A stretch of DNA of 64,000 nucleotides from Mustelus asterias (Eukaryota): the NCBI RefSeq assembly GCF_964213995.1, contig NC_135830.1, positions 11,346,001-11,410,000 of the forward strand, given 5' to 3'. Shown here piece after piece: positions 37,680 to 51,389 of this stretch. The notes beneath the pieces are model-generated. The model saw only the letters and a list, made by a program, of their open reading frames with translations. It was not told the origin of the DNA and made no database searches. Position numbers and translations under genes: made by a program. Within the stretch, counting starts at the first letter, position 1. The number at the start of each line of letters is the position of its first letter.

Positions 37680-39260
37680 CCCAAACTCAAAGCAGGTGAA
37701 CAACCCCTCCCCAATGTGAACTTGGTATACAGTGAGTTGAAATGATCCCCTGAACCCAGTCTCTCATCAGTGTGAAAACATTGATGAGACATTAGGAATC
37801 CACAATTTTGGGGTGGCACGGTGACACAAAGGTTAGCACTGCTGCCACATAGTGCCAGGGACCTGGGTTTAATTCTGCCCATTGGGTCTGTCTGTGTGGA
37901 ATCATAGAATCATAGAAACCCTACAGTGCAGAAGGAGGCCATTCGGCCCATCGAGTCTGCACCGACCACAATCCCACCCAGGCCCTACCCCCACATATTT
38001 TACCCGCTAATCCCTCTAACCTACACATCCCAGGACTCTAAGGGGCAATTTTTTTTTTTAACCTGGCCAATCAACCTAACCCGCACATCTTTGGACTGTG
38101 GGAGGAAACCGGAGCACCCGGAGGAAACCCACGCAGACACGAGGAGAATGTGCAAACTCCACACAGACAGTGACCCGAGCCGGGAATCGAACCCGGGACC
38201 CTGGAGCTGTGAAGCAGCAGTGCTAACCACTGCGCTACCGTGCCGCCCTGTGCTACCGTGCTACCGGGCCGCACTGTGCTACTGTGCCGCCCATTCGGAA
38301 GCCAGGCTAGACCCCAGCAATTTTTTTATTTTGGCATAAATGTGAGGATAGGATGCTTCTGACGAGGAGAAATTCCACTGACAAATTAGGGATCTTTCAT
38401 AGTAAAGCTAACTTTATTTAATATCACAGTTTAAATATAACTCTAACAAATGAATCAGCTTAATCATTAACAGTTGAACAACATTTAAAAATGCAAAGAA
38501 ACAATCTTAATTTCTAACTAATCACTATTTCAGTTCCAAATAAGCAACATTACTCTTATAGTTGTAAGTGCCACTTTAAATATTGTTAGCAACCATAAAT
38601 ATACTTGAGTGTAGACAGTCTTGAAGCTTTCAGAAAGAAAACAAGTCTCAGAGCAGCTTGTAGAAACCCTCTATCTTCAAACGATCAGAACTGCAAAAGC
38701 TTCTTTCTCCCTGCAAAGACCCACTATCACATGACCTGTCAATCAAATCTAGAAATCCCAGAGGAATGTCTTGTTTAAACAAAAGCCCATCAGCTCTATC
38801 AAAGTAACTGATCCCCAGCTTTCACAACCCTTGAGAGACGCAGACACACCAGATACCTGCAGAATAAAGCTGGATTTTTAAACATTCCCCCTCAGCAGAA
38901 AAACATACACCCACTGCAACACGACCATCACACTTCCCACACTTGAAGCAGATAAATGGCATCTCTCCAGTTTAAACCCATTGGTGTCTAACAAGCTGAG
39001 AAGACTGAATGATCCCTTGCCTTACTCAGAGCAGGTAAAGGGCATTTCCCCAGTGTGGTTTCCAGCTCTGACGGTTAATTGAATATCTCTTTATACTCTC
39101 CACATTTCCATGGTTTCTGCCAAATGTGACTGGTTATCAATGATGCTGATTTCTTCCATGTTCAAAACTTTCTACTTTTCAGGTTATGATAAATTCTGTG
39201 GCTACATCCAATCCTGATCTGATGTTTTGTGAGAGTTTCCTGGCCACAAATCCTCTAAGA
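37680..39260 (-). pseudogene. Zinc-finger relics around the same unclassified repeat as 25735-26157
   Basis: Finger remnants at 37680-37805 and 38930-39130; 38320-38680 is the reverse complement of ~25740-26110. Confidence 0.6.
37899..38292 (-). mobile_element. HE1 SINE, abutting a partial + strand SINE at 37810-37900
   Basis: Full-length with a stuttered head (ctgtgctaccgtg repeats). Confidence 0.88.
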
Positions 39261-39269
39261 CCGACTATA

Positions 39270-41725
39270 TTAACATTGTCTCAGGATTACTACCAGTGCC
39301 ATGTGCTATTCAGAGTTGAAACAGCAGGATATATTGGGTGAATACCTGGCTGAAAAGATGATGTGAGAGGCAGGGTTTCAGATTCCTGGGACATTGCGAC
39401 TGGTTCTGGGGAAGGTGGGACCAGTACAAACTGGACAGGGCCAGGACTGATGTCCTTGGGGGGTTGGGGGTGTACTTGTTGAGTCATTGGGAAGGTTTAA
39501 ACTAAAATGGCAGGGAGATGGAAACCTGTGTAAGGATTCAGAGCAGAGGGTATCAAGAACAAGAGAAAAATACAGCAAGAAGAATAAGAAAAGTGATAGG
39601 CAGAGAATTGAGAGCCAGAATCAGATACGGACACAGTAAAAAATGGTAGGAACTGGACAACAAATGTTAAAAGGACTAGCCTGAAGGTTTTGTACATGAA
39701 CGCTTGGAGCATTCAAAATAAAATGGATGAATTTGTTGCACAGTTAGATGTAAAGGGGTATGATACAGTTGGGACTACAGAGACATAGCTCCAAGGTGAC
39801 CAAGGATGGGAACTAAACATTGAGGGCTATTCAGTGTTTAGGAAGGACAGACATAAACAAAAAGATGGTGGAGTTGCATTGTTGATTAAAGATGATATGT
39901 GGAATATGTATGGGTCAAGTTAAGCCACACCAAGGGGCAAAAAACATTTGTGGGTGTGGTATACAGACTACCAAATTAATGGTAATGTTGGGAAAAGCAT
40001 TAGACAGGAAATCAGAGATGCATGTGTTAAATAAATATCTGTGATTAGAGGTGACTTTAATCTGCATATAGATTGGGTGATCAAATTAGTCACATTACAA
40101 TAGAGGAGGAATTTTTGGAGTGGTTTTCTGGACCAATAACTTTGAGGGACTAAGGGAGCATGCCATCTTGAACTGGGTATTGTGCAATGAGCAAGGATTA
40201 CTTGGCAGTCTAGTTGTGAGTGAACCCTTGGGGATGAGTGACCATAATATGACAGAATTCTTTGTCAAGGTGGATAATGATGTCGTTGATTCTGACACCA
40301 GAGTCCTGAATTTCAGTAAAGGTAACTATAATGGATTGAGACATGAATTGGCTATGATGGACTGGGAAACATGACTGAAAGGAAGGACAGTGGACAGACA
40401 ATGTTAAAGTTTATTTATTAGTCACAAGGAAGGCTTACATTAACACTGCAATGAAGTTACTGTGAAATTCCCCTAGTCGCCACAGTCCGGCGCCTGTTCG
40501 GGTCAATGCATCTAACAACACGTCTTTCAGAAAGTGGGAGAAACCGGAGCACCCAGAGGAAACCCACGCGGACACGGGGAGAACATGAAAACTCCACAGA
40601 GACAGTGACCCAAGCCAGGAATCGAACCCGGCAGCATTGCGAACCACTATGCCACCGTGCCACCCACGGTAGGCATTTAAGGAACAAGTAGGTGAACTCA
40701 AAGTTGTTTACTCCTATTTGGCACAAGAGTGGAAAAGGAACTGTAGCCAAACCATTGCTGACAAGGGAAATTAGAGAGAGCATTAGATTCCAAGAAGAAG
40801 CATAAAAATTGGCAAGAAAAAGCAAAAGACCTGAGGATTGGGAGCAGTTTAAAATACAGCAAAGGAGGACCAAGGAATTGATTCAGAAGGAGAAATTAGA
40901 ATATGAAAGTAAGCTAGTGGGGAACATAAAAACTGAGTGTAAAAGGTTCTATAGGTATGTAAAGAGAAAAAGGTTGACAAAACGAATGTAGGCCCTTTAC
41001 AGTCAGAAACAGGAGAATTCATAACGGGGAATAAAGAAGTGGCTGAGGAACTAAATTCGTACTTTGCTTCTGAATTCACAAAAGAATATCCCATGATTCA
41101 AAAAGGGAGGAAGCGAGAAAGTGGGGAACTATAGACTACTGAGCCTAATGTAGGTAGTAGGGAAGTTGCTAGGGTCAGCATAACCAAAGTCTTATACAGC
41201 TGCAACATGTTTTCCCAATTCTTATACTCAGCGTCTCGACCGATTTAAGACCAGCATGCGATTCGCCCTCTTGACCACTTTGTCCACCTGAGTTGCCACG
41301 TTCAGGGTACTGTGGATCTGCACACTTAGATCCCTCTGTACGCCAACATTTCTAAGGACTCTAGCATTTACTGTATACTTTCCTTCTGCAGTAGACCTTC
41401 CAAATTACATCACCTCACGTTTGTCTGTGTTAAATTCCATCTAGTAAGAAGTCTCACAACACCAGGTTAAAGTCCAACAGGTTTATTTGGTAGCAAAAGC
41501 CATAAGCTTTCGGAGCACTCCTCCTCGAAGGATTTCAGGAAGGAAGTAGATTTGGCTCTTGGGGCTAAAGGTATCAAGGGATATGGATGAGGAGGGGTGG
41601 GGGAGAAGAGGCAGGATCAGGATATTGATTTTGATGATCAGCCATGATAATAATGAATGGTGGAGCAGGCTCGAAGGGCCGAATGGCCTGTTCCTGATTC
41701 TATTTTCTATGCATGTTTCTATGTA
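39270..41725 (+). mobile_element. Decayed CR1 (ORF1 end through ORF2, with deletions), nested SINE (40404-40666, -), inverted CR1 piece (41180-41440) and Penelope pLTR piece (41443-41525)
   Basis: GFRFLGH..W, GLN*, LYMNAWSI, GDFN, SDHN motifs. Confidence 0.8.
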
Positions 41726-41820
41726 ACAGAGCTGGGGTTATTTTTCAATTCAGCAGAAATAGACTCAAATGAATGTGGTTCAGTCTGAATATGAAAAACA
41801 GCAAAATCCAATCACAATAA

Positions 41821-42405
41821 TTACTTATGAATTCGCTGATGTGTCAGCAGAGTGGATGACTGACTGAATCCCTTCCCACACATACAGCAGATGAATGGCT
41901 TCTCCCCAGTGTGAACTCGCTGGTGTCTCAGCAGATTGGCTGAGTGAGTAAATCCCTTCCCACACTGGGAACAGACGAATGGCCTCTCCCCAGTGTGAAC
42001 TCGCTGGTGTTTTGCTCGGTTGGATGACTCCTTGAATTTCTTCCCCCACACAGAGCAGGTGAATGGTCTGGCCTCAGTGTGAATTCGCCGGTGTTTTGCG
42101 AGGTTGGCTGACTGACTGAATTTCTTCCCACACTGGGAGCAAGTGAACGGCCTCTCCCCAGTGTGAACTCGCTTGTGTGATGCTAGGTTGAATGACTGAT
42201 TGAATCCCTTCCTGCACACACAGCAGCTGAATGGTCTCTCCTCAGTGTGAATCCTTTGGTGTATACACAAGCTGGATGACTGAATGAATCCCCTCCCGCA
42301 TCGGGAGCAGGTGAATGGCCTCTCCCCAGTGTGACGGCGTCGATGAGTTTCCAGCTGCGATGGGTATTTGAATCCCTTCCCACAGTCCTCACATTTCCAT
42401 GCCAT
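41821..42405 (-). CDS. ZNF-I: tandem C2H2 protein, 7 fingers (finger 5 has C->W)
   Basis: gagATGg at 42405 (MAWKCEDC); paralog of ZNF-G and ZNF-F. Confidence 0.78.
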   Translation of the reverse strand: MAWKCEDCGKGFKYPSQLETHRRRHTGERPFTCSRCGRGFIQSSSLCIHQRIHTEERPFSCCVCRKGFNQSFNLASHKRVHTGERPFTCSQCGKKFSQSANLAKHRRIHTEARPFTCSVWGKKFKESSNRAKHQRVHTGERPFVCSQCGKGFTHSANLLRHQRVHTGEKPFICCMCGKGFSQSSTLLTHQRIHK

Positions 42406-43429
42406 CTCCTTGTTGTGACTGCAATTATGTTCCGAAAGGCTGGATGATTGGTTGAAGACTTGTCCACACAGAACACGTGTACAGTTTCCATTGCGAATGG
42501 TGCTGTTTTCTTCTATATTCAAAACACAATGATATTCAGGTTACAATAACTTGGCCGACTCCATCAGGTTCTGATATCACGTTTGGTTTTTGTTTCCCCA
42601 CTGCAAATCCTCCTAACACCCTGTCAAACTGATTTAAAACAGAAAAAAGGGAGTGAGAGAGAACCCACAAAAACACAAAGGCAAGTTGTGAAATTGAGCT
42701 GAATGAATCATGAAAGCTGCTGAATTGTCATAAAAACCCAACTGATTCACTAATGTCCTTCAGGAAAGGGTATGTGCCACCTGGTCTGGATCTACACAAG
42801 AATCTGGGCACTGTGTGAGGTGACAGAGAGAAGTAGGAGAGGCAGTGGTGAAGAAGAAGGATTTCAAACATCTACAACTCGATGGGAACTTTTACAGAAT
42901 CTCCCAAACTCTCAATCTCCATCACCTATAAGGACCAAGGTAGCAGGTAGATGTGAACACCATCACCTCCAAGTTCGCTTCTAACTCACACACCATTCTG
43001 GCTTGTCTGACATCCAGTACTAAAAGAACAGAAATTTCTTCCATATAAATACTGGGAAGACTGAACCCATTGAATTCAGTTCCCACTACAAATTCCACTC
43101 ACTCACCAGCAAATCTACCCCTCTTCCTAGCAACTGTCTTGGGATGAAATATTTCACCCCAAGATGAGCTTCCAGCCACATATCATCATCAAGACTGCCT
43201 ATTTGTGACATGAAACTCAGGAGAATGAGGATATAGAGGGAGAATGGAACTGACTGAATTGCTCTACAGAGAGTTGCCATGGATTTGAGTTGCCAAATGG
43301 ATTCTTTCCATGCTGTAATGTTTGCATCACTGAAAATATATATGACTGTAACACTACATACTCTGCCTCTCCTTTCCTTTTCTATGTACAGTATGCTTTG
43401 CCTGTATAGTACGCAAAAAACGATACTTT

Positions 43430-43712
43430 TCAGCTTCTCTGCCATTAGGCCATTCACACCCTTTATTCTCTCTATGGACTGCCATTAGCAGCCTTTTCCC
43501 CTGGTTTCTGTGGCTATGACTCATCTTTCAGTCCCTCACCCTGCAGCATAAATATCTCCCACTTTCTATGCCTTTTAGCTTTGACAAAGGGTCATCTGGA
43601 CTCGAACCGTCAGCTCTTTTCTCTCCTTACAGATGCTGCCAGACCTGCTGAGATTTTCCAGCATTTTCTCTTTTGGTTTCAGATTCCAGCATCTGCAGTA
43701 ATTTGCTTTTAT
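43430..43712 (+). mobile_element. Penelope pLTR (family 2)
   Basis: ttgacaaagggtcatctggactcgaaccgtcagctc...gtaatttgctttta. Confidence 0.7.
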
Positions 43713-44009
43713 CCGCACATTTTTGGACAAGGGACAATAATAAATCGAATCAAATAGGTAACATTGACAAAGTGCTATATATTCCAAGACAAGAAATAGG
43801 GAATCATAAATAACATAGTATATAACATATAACTACGTTAAACATATCTCTGTCCCATACTAATTTACTGTTCATTTAAATATTAGCCCTCTCCTGGGAA
43901 ACTCCCCCTTTAATTGTGAACATTGGGTAAGAGCTATCCTATTATCCAGATGAATAAATCTGTCAAACTTAGGGAGTTAAAGGTTGTCAATGTCTTTGAG
44001 AGAGAAAGA

Positions 44010-44525
44010 AAAAGATACCTGGGCCTAGTCCTGCTCCTAATTCTGGTGTCCGTCTGTAACCTTTCCAGAGTCTGCAGCCTCCCTGGATTCACTTCCTTTC
44101 CCTTCAGTTGCTGCAAGTCCCCAATTTCCCCCAGAATGAGAAAAGAAATGGAAAGGGGGAAACATTGATTTCCTCCCAGATGTTGGCCCAGAGGAGGAAG
44201 TTTCACTCTGAAGCTTGTTGGCCAACTTCCGCGTTGTGACGTCACAATGGAGCCCTGCCTGAAGCAGCCAATAGGAATCAATCCGCTCCACGGTGACGTT
44301 CTGATGTTCCAGTGCGCAGGCTCGGAAGCTGTCGCCTCTCCACCCCCTCCCCCCGGATAGAGATCCATTGATGCCCCTCCTCCGAGGTCTGGCCAATCGG
44401 GAGCCCTGGCAGACCGGAAGGACTCTTGTACTCCAGCCAATCAGTGGGTGGGCTTTGTGACACAGGAGGTTGAGCTTCACACAGACTGAACCTTCTTCCT
44501 GTGTCCCACATCTGTGAGTAAAACA
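44010..44525. promoter_or_regulatory. Bidirectional promoter (module B) between ZNF-I and ZNF-J
   Basis: Inverted paralog of 22260-22942; CRE ttgtgacgtcacaa, three CCAAT, donor ct/gtgagt at ~44514. Confidence 0.68.
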
Positions 44526-44859
44526 GTTTGTTTGTGTTGCAGATAAAGAACAGGCAGGGTGTGAGAGGTGTTCAGGAGGGAAGGGAAGAGTTCAATGAAC
44601 AGTGAAGCTGTGAGTGGGAGATGGGGAGGGAGTCTGAGCAGCTGGAAAAAGGAGAACAAAAAGGCTGATTGGGAGAATCTACCAGTGAGAGATCCAGAGG
44701 CTGTGACTCCTGGGGCTGCCTGTGGAAATGGGCTGTAGGGAAAGAGTCCAGTCGAACCTCCTGTAAAGGGAAAGGAGCTGAACCTATACCTGGGAAATTT
44801 AGGGAGTTGTGGGACTATGTAACTAGAATTAGAGCCAAATATGTGGAGGGGGGAAATGT

Positions 44860-45580
44860 TTGATTTGATTTTATTTGATTTATTATTGTCACATGTATTA
44901 ACATACAGTGAAAAGTATTGTTTTTTGCACGTTATCCAGACAAAGCATACCGTTCATAGAGAAGGAAACAAGAGAGTGCAGAATGTAGTGTTACAGTTAT
45001 AGCTAGGGTAGAGAAAGATCAACTTCATGCAAGGTAGGTCCATTCAAAAGTCTGACAGCAGCAGGGACAAAGCTGTTCTTGTGTCGGTTGGTACGTGACC
45101 TCAGACTTTTGTATCTTTTTCCCTATGGAAGAAGGTGGAGGAGAGAATGTCCGGGGTGCGTGGGGTTCTTAATTATGCTGGCTGCTTTGCCAAGGCAGCG
45201 AGAAGTGTAATCAGAGTCATAGAAACCCGACAGCACAGAAAGAGGCCATTCGGCCCATCGAGTCTGCACCGACCACAATCCCACCCAGGCCCTACCCCCA
45301 TATCCCTACATATTTTACCCACTAATCCCTCTAATCTACGCATCCCAGGACACTAAGGGGCAATTTTAGCATGGCCAATCAATCTAACCTGCACATCTTT
45401 AGACTGTGGGAGGAAACCGGAGCACCCGGAGGAAACCCACGCAGACACGAGGAGAATGTGCAAACTCCACACAGACAGTGACCCAAGCTGGGAATCGAAC
45501 CCAGGTCCCTGGAGCTGTGAAGCAGCAGTGCTAACCACTGTGCTACCGTGAGTCAATGGATGGGAGGCTGGTTTGTGATG
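44860..45580 (-). mobile_element. Rex1-type LINE 3' end with nested HE1 SINE (45215-45550, -)
   Basis: tttgatttattattgtcacatg tail; the HE1 splits the host. Confidence 0.8.
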
Positions 45581-46790
45581 CTTGTAAATATTTGTAAATC
45601 TTTGTGATTTTGTGGAACCTGTTGTTATTGTCTGAACTATTTAAAGTCAAATTTATCCTGTCTGTTCAAGTACCATTGTCTGTGAATGCATGCTTCATTT
45701 ATGTTGATTTTAGTTTGGTTATTGCAGTAAAAGTATGAAATTAATGAAACCTTATTCTTTGGTTTATTCCATTGGGATTGTCTGGGAAATTGTTTATTTG
45801 AAGATTATCAGTCTCTATGGAGATCATAACAGAGGTGTTTCTAGTTTTGTTATTGTACATGTTAGATGTATTATTTTTGGTGCTGCAGTAAAGTATTTAT
45901 TTTTTATTTCTATTCTTGGAATATAGTAATATAGTTGTGTTATATATTTCCAGTCAGTGAGACATTGCAGCACAAAAGAGTCCATTTGGCAACTCGAGTC
46001 CATGTCAACTCTCCATAGAACAATCCAGTGGGTCCCATTCCCCCTCTGTATCACTGTCCGACAGGTTTATTTCTTTTGAATGACCAACATCATTTGAAAT
46101 CATGGGTTCTCTCTGCTTTCACCATCCGCATGTGGGGTGAATTCCAGTTTATGACTACTTGAAGTCCAAAATAACCTTCTACACATATTCCCGACCTCTC
46201 TCTAATAAAGTAATGTAGCACTTTTACACAAATGATAGTCCAGTTCTATATGAATATAAGGGATATATCGGTGAACAGCTTGCCTGAAGATTCTCAGGTC
46301 TGTGTGTCCTGGAGCATGAACCAGCAGCTTCAGCAGAATCGGGAGGGTGAAGATTCGGTGCAGAATGTGTGGGACAGAAATTTACAACTTTTCAGGAATA
46401 AAAGAATAGAAAATAGTTTCATTGAATCGAGAATTGTCCATTCTGAATTTCTTTTCTATGTGCATGGTGTTCACTTTTGTAAACTTCTTTCACAGGATAT
46501 TAGAAGGGGAGGATTTACAGAACAGAAATATCAAAACAAAACATTACGTTCAGATCTGACAGTCACTCGATTAATCACAACGTGAATATCATTGGCCTTT
46601 GACTCGAGAAGGAGAATTGTTTGGGTTTGTTTCTGTCTGTGGAAAAAGATTGAACATTAGTGTGACTGGAAAAGCACTGAGAAGTACAAACCTGAGTGTG
46701 TGTTCAGGTTACACAGCCTGAAAAGCATTGCCCCATTTACATTGAGAGGGACTGTACATCTGTTCTCAGTGAGGACGAGGCTTCATCTGA

Positions 46791-47984
46791 TTGTCAAACC
46801 TGGAGGGACAGGCGGCCTCCCGCATCAGGGAGAAACAGTGGAAATGTGGGGACTGTGGAAAAAGATTCAAAGCACCGTGTGAGCTGGAGATTCATCGACG
46901 CAGTCACACTGGGGAGAAGCCATTCACCTGCCCTGATTGTGGGAAGGGATTCTCTCAGTTATCCAACCTGCTGACACATCAGAAAATTCACACTGGGGAG
47001 AGGCCATTCACCTGCTCTGAATGTGGGAAGGGTTTCACTGATTCATCCCGTCTTCTGACACACGGACGCATTCACACGGGGGAGAGGCCTTTCACCTGCA
47101 TTGAGTGTGGGAAGAGGTTCGGGGATTCATCCAGCCTCCGGAGACACAAGCGAGTTCACACTGGGGAGAGGTCATTTGCTTGCTCAGTGTGTGGGAAGGG
47201 ATTCACTCTTTCATCCAACCTGCGGAGACACCAGCAAATACACGCCAGGGAGAAGCTGTTCAGCTGCTCAGAGTGTGGGAAGGGATTCAGTGATTCCTCT
47301 GCTCTGCAGAAGCACCAGAGAGTTCACACCGGGCAGAGGCCATACACCTGCTCTGACTGTGGGAAGGGATTCACTCGGTCATCTCACCTGCTGATACATC
47401 AGCGAGTTCACACCGGGGAGAGGCCGTTCACTTGCACCGTGTGTGGGAAAGGATTCAGTGCATCATCTACCCTGCAGAACCACCAGGCAGTTCACACTGG
47501 GGAGAGGTCATTCACCTGCTCCGTGTGTGGGAAGGGATTCACTCAGTTATCAACCTTGCTGCGACACCAGGCAGTTCACACTGGAGAGAGGTCATTCCCC
47601 TGCTCTGTGTGTGGGAAGGGATTTACTAGGTCCACTAGTCTGCTGACACACCAGCGAATTCACTCTGGAGAGAGACCGTTCAGTTGCACTGAGTGTGGGA
47701 AGGGATTCACTGATTCCTCCAGCCTCTGGAAACACCGGCGAGTTCACACCGGGGAGAGGCCATTCATCTGCTGTGTGTGTGGGAAAGGATTCACTGAGTC
47801 GTCCAGTCTGCGGACACACCGTCGAGTTCACACCGGGGAGAAGCCTTTCACCTGCTCTGAATGTGGGAAGGGATTTGCTGATCCTTCCAGCCTGCGGAAA
47901 CACAAGCAAGTTCACACGGAGGAGAGAGGCTGTTCACCTGCTCTGAGTGTAGGAAAGGATTCACTGAGTCATCCAACCTGCTGA
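46791..47984 (+). CDS. ZNF-J: 13 intact C2H2 fingers; ORF has no ATG (start uncertain, candidate CTG at 46800)
   Basis: Open frame from TGA 46788-46790 to 47984 with no Met codon; finger 14 frameshifted. Confidence 0.6.
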   Translation: MSNLEGQAASRIREKQWKCGDCGKRFKAPCELEIHRRSHTGEKPFTCPDCGKGFSQLSNLLTHQKIHTGERPFTCSECGKGFTDSSRLLTHGRIHTGERPFTCIECGKRFGDSSSLRRHKRVHTGERSFACSVCGKGFTLSSNLRRHQQIHAREKLFSCSECGKGFSDSSALQKHQRVHTGQRPYTCSDCGKGFTRSSHLLIHQRVHTGERPFTCTVCGKGFSASSTLQNHQAVHTGERSFTCSVCGKGFTQLSTLLRHQAVHTGERSFPCSVCGKGFTRSTSLLTHQRIHSGERPFSCTECGKGFTDSSSLWKHRRVHTGERPFICCVCGKGFTESSSLRTHRRVHTGEKPFTCSECGKGFADPSSLRKHKQVHTEERGCSPALSVGKDSLSHPTC

Positions 47985-48038
47985 GACATTATGGCAGTCA
48001 CACCGATTAGAGACCTTTTAAATACTCTGCCTGCGGGT

Positions 48039-48870
48039 GTTAATTGTATAATTTGGGGTTAAATATATACAAGCAGTGGACATTGATTAGATGTTTACAT
48101 GAGCACATATAGACACTTACTGACAGAGCATGGAATGGTATGAGGAGTTATATACCTGTAATGTTTCACTCTGTGAATAAATCTATACCAAGTAAAGATT
48201 GGAACCAGTTTCCTCCTTCACCAGAAGGCGGTCAGGATTATACATGGTGACAGAGAATGTTTAAAAATACCTGACGTTTCCAATCTGAATGTTTTAGAAT
48301 GAATAATGATAGCTTTGATAAAAATCAAAGGGAAATATGCAAATTATATTAAAACTACACAGATAATTTGTTCACACTACTTGCCAAAGATTAAAAGTCC
48401 TGCTTCAAGATGCAGGAGCGGTTGATGAAGAGTATCTGAGACTCATACAAGAGACCAATGCAAAGTGTACAATGTATAAAAATTATTGGAGGATGCCATC
48501 ACATCCCAACAGTGAACCTTCCCTTGGCCCTTGGGGCTGGACCTGTGGCACCAGCTCAGTTTCTGAATGATGAGTTTTGAGACGTGTGTGAAACCATGAA
48601 CATTCTGGTCAGGAACACGGCAGCTGAAAGTCCTTTCAGTGATGGACTCTGTGAAAGGAATCACTCGGTGATCGATGAAATGCTGCAGAAAATCTCAGCT
48701 GATCAGCCAAACTGCAAGTTGATAGCTGCACCGGCCTGGACGATTCATATAAAGAATTCACTTCAGATGGTTTGAGAGTATAATCCCTGTTAATTGGTCT
48801 GTGGGAAAAATTCCAAATGACCCTCTGTGCTGGGGATAACCCTCCTGATTCAGAAGGGACGACAATTAGT
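48039..48870 (+). mobile_element. Copia (GalEa-like) remnant: LTR, PBS, integrase fragment
   Basis: TG...CA LTR ~48039-48244, tggtgacagagaatg resembling the tRNA-iMet PBS tggtagcagaggatg, TAAESPFSDGLCERNH integrase motif. Confidence 0.62.
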
Positions 48871-49608
48871 ACAATTTTTATTCATTTATCTGATTGTTTC
48901 ACTGGTGCTCAAGCTAAGAAATTATTGTAGATCCTCGATGAGGGGTGTCTTATAATGTAATACTTTGTACAAAATAAAGACCATCATGGTTATATTTTTC
49001 AAATTGTTTTGAAATATTGTGTGTTGTTATAATTCGGGTCGAGAACATTAACGTTCAGTGAGAAATCCAAACACTCATCACAAGATTCCAGGTTTTTAAA
49101 CAAAATCAAACTTTACTGAATATAAACAGAATATTAAAAACCAGCTCGATGAATCATATTTTGTAAAGATTTATGCTGTAAACTCAGTTCTGACTCAAAA
49201 CATGAACTCTGTTTTCACTCTCTACAGATGCTGCCAGACCTGCTGAGGTTTTGCAGCATTTTTCCTTTTTTGTACTTTTTAAACCCTTACTCCTCGACAA
49301 GAATGCCCTTATACTTAATATCTTGAATGTGCATTCACTTCTGTTCCTGGGACAAATCCCAAAGGTATGTCAAAGCTCCCAGAATTCACTTTAATTCTCC
49401 TCAGTATCCCAGCTATTCTCCAGACTCCAAGATTTCATGAGGATCCTTCTATTAGCTTTCGGCTAAACAACTCTCCAACTTTCCTTTGAGATTTCAAAAT
49501 TGACTCAAAACATGGACTCCTCAATCCAAGCATGGGCTTCACTGCCTTCTTGCTGAGGGATTTAAACATTGGGAACACCCATGGTTCCTAATGACCTCCT
49601 CGGCTTCT

Positions 49609-50143
49609 GGTCTCACAGCTGGTTCACAGCTCCCAGTCCCACAGCTGGTTCACAGCTCCCGGTCCCACAGCTGGTTCACAGCTCCCGGTCCCACAGCTGG
49701 TTCACAGCTCCCGCTCCCACAGCTGGTTCACAGCTCCCGGTCCCACAGCTGGTTCACAGCTCCCGGTCCCACAGCTGGTTCACAACTCCCGGTCCCACAG
49801 CTGGTTCACAGCTCCCGGTCCCACAGCTGGTTCACAGCTCCCGCTCCCACAGCTGGTTCACAGCTCCCGGTCCCACAGCTGGTTCACAGCTCCCGCTCCC
49901 ACAGCTGGGTCACAGCTCCCGCTCCCACAGCTGGTTCACAGCTCCCGGTCCCACAGCTGGTTCACAGCTCCTGGTCCCACAGCTGGTTCACAGCTCCCGG
50001 TCCCACAGCTGGTTCACAGCTCCTGCTCCCACAGCTGGTTCACAGCTCCCGGTCCCACAGCTGGTTCACAGCTCCCGGTCCCACAGCTGGTCCACAGCTC
50101 CCGGTCCCACAGCTGGTCCACAGCTCCTGGTCCCACAGCTCCC
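49609..50143. repeat. 26-bp minisatellite, ~20 copies (ggtcccacagctggttcacagctccc)
   Basis: Direct reading; the 26-aa period in the ORF track equals 3 units. Confidence 0.95.
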
Positions 50144-51389
50144 AAGCTAACTGCAGACTGCCTGCTTTCTGTGAAAAACACCCAGAATTCCAACCAAGAC
50201 CACCCTGAATCACTTATCCTCATGGTAACAGATCAGTTGAGATGTCCAAAAGATGTTTAAATTAATTAACTTTTAGTTTCAGAACCAAACCTTTTTTCTT
50301 GAGGTCTGCGTGAAGAATTCCCCTCTCTAACAAAGACAGGAAAAAAATTGTCAGACCCAATGTCTCCAGCTAAAAGAGCCCAGCTGCCGTGTTATCCTTC
50401 TAGCTTTGACTTCTTAAACCAACATGGGCCACACCTTGTGACTGCGAATTCCCTCAGGGTGTTTTTATCAGATTCTCAAACCAGGTTTTCCAGTTGTTAC
50501 ATTTTTTTAAAAATCCAAAATTAATATTTCTAAAACACATGAATTATTAAACTAAATCTTCACAACATATTCCCTGGATGACATGAAAATGTATCACTCT
50601 ATAATATCCCATTTAGAATATTACAATGTAAAACATACTGTATATCTTAACAACAGCCATGATCTTATTGAATGGTGGAGCAGGCTCGAAGGGCCAAATG
50701 GCCTCCTCCTGTTCCTAAGTCCACTGTTTTCCTGTGTTGATCTATCTTATAACCTGCAACAGACATAATAATCCCTCCATTGTCCACTTCACATTCACAA
50801 GTCCAGCTTGGTGACAGCACACTGCTGGGTTCCATGTCCAGGAATTCAGTCCACTGAAGATGGAAAATATTACTCCTTGTAGTGTTTTCTGAAAGTTTTC
50901 TTCTTTCAATAATTATAGTAATTTTTACTAATTATAGTTTCTTCTGCAAGAGGACAGTCCTCATTGCTGTTCAGTTGTGGATTTCCAATTCTGAAAACAG
51001 TCTGTTCAGAGTTCACATTTTGAACTTTACTTTCTTCCATGTTTGCAGTTCCTCCATTGTTTAAATCCAGAGAGAATATTCCACTCAATTCCACATTGAA
51101 ATGTCTTCTTCTTGCTCTGTTGTAGCTGGAACTTCATTTTTAATTTCATTTCCAAGAATCAAACATTCTGGATTCTCTTTTGGAGAGAGCAAGTTCAAAA
51201 TGGCTTCTTTCTGTGCCAACAACTCGTTCCTTCATTGGACAAAATCTTATTTAGCCATTTTAAGAAGGTTGTTAAAATGCTTTTTATGTTCAGCAAAAAG
51301 GTCCGATATTCTTGTTTGGAGTATTTTGGATCTTGGGCTTCAGAAATCGGGGAATTGAGAACAAAAGCAGGGAAGTTATTCTGATAGTT

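Noticed and set aside
49569-50223. Long repetitive ORFs, or a CRISPR-like array
   Set aside because: A stop-free 26-bp tandem unit with no unique spacers in a eukaryotic context; the ORFs are artefacts
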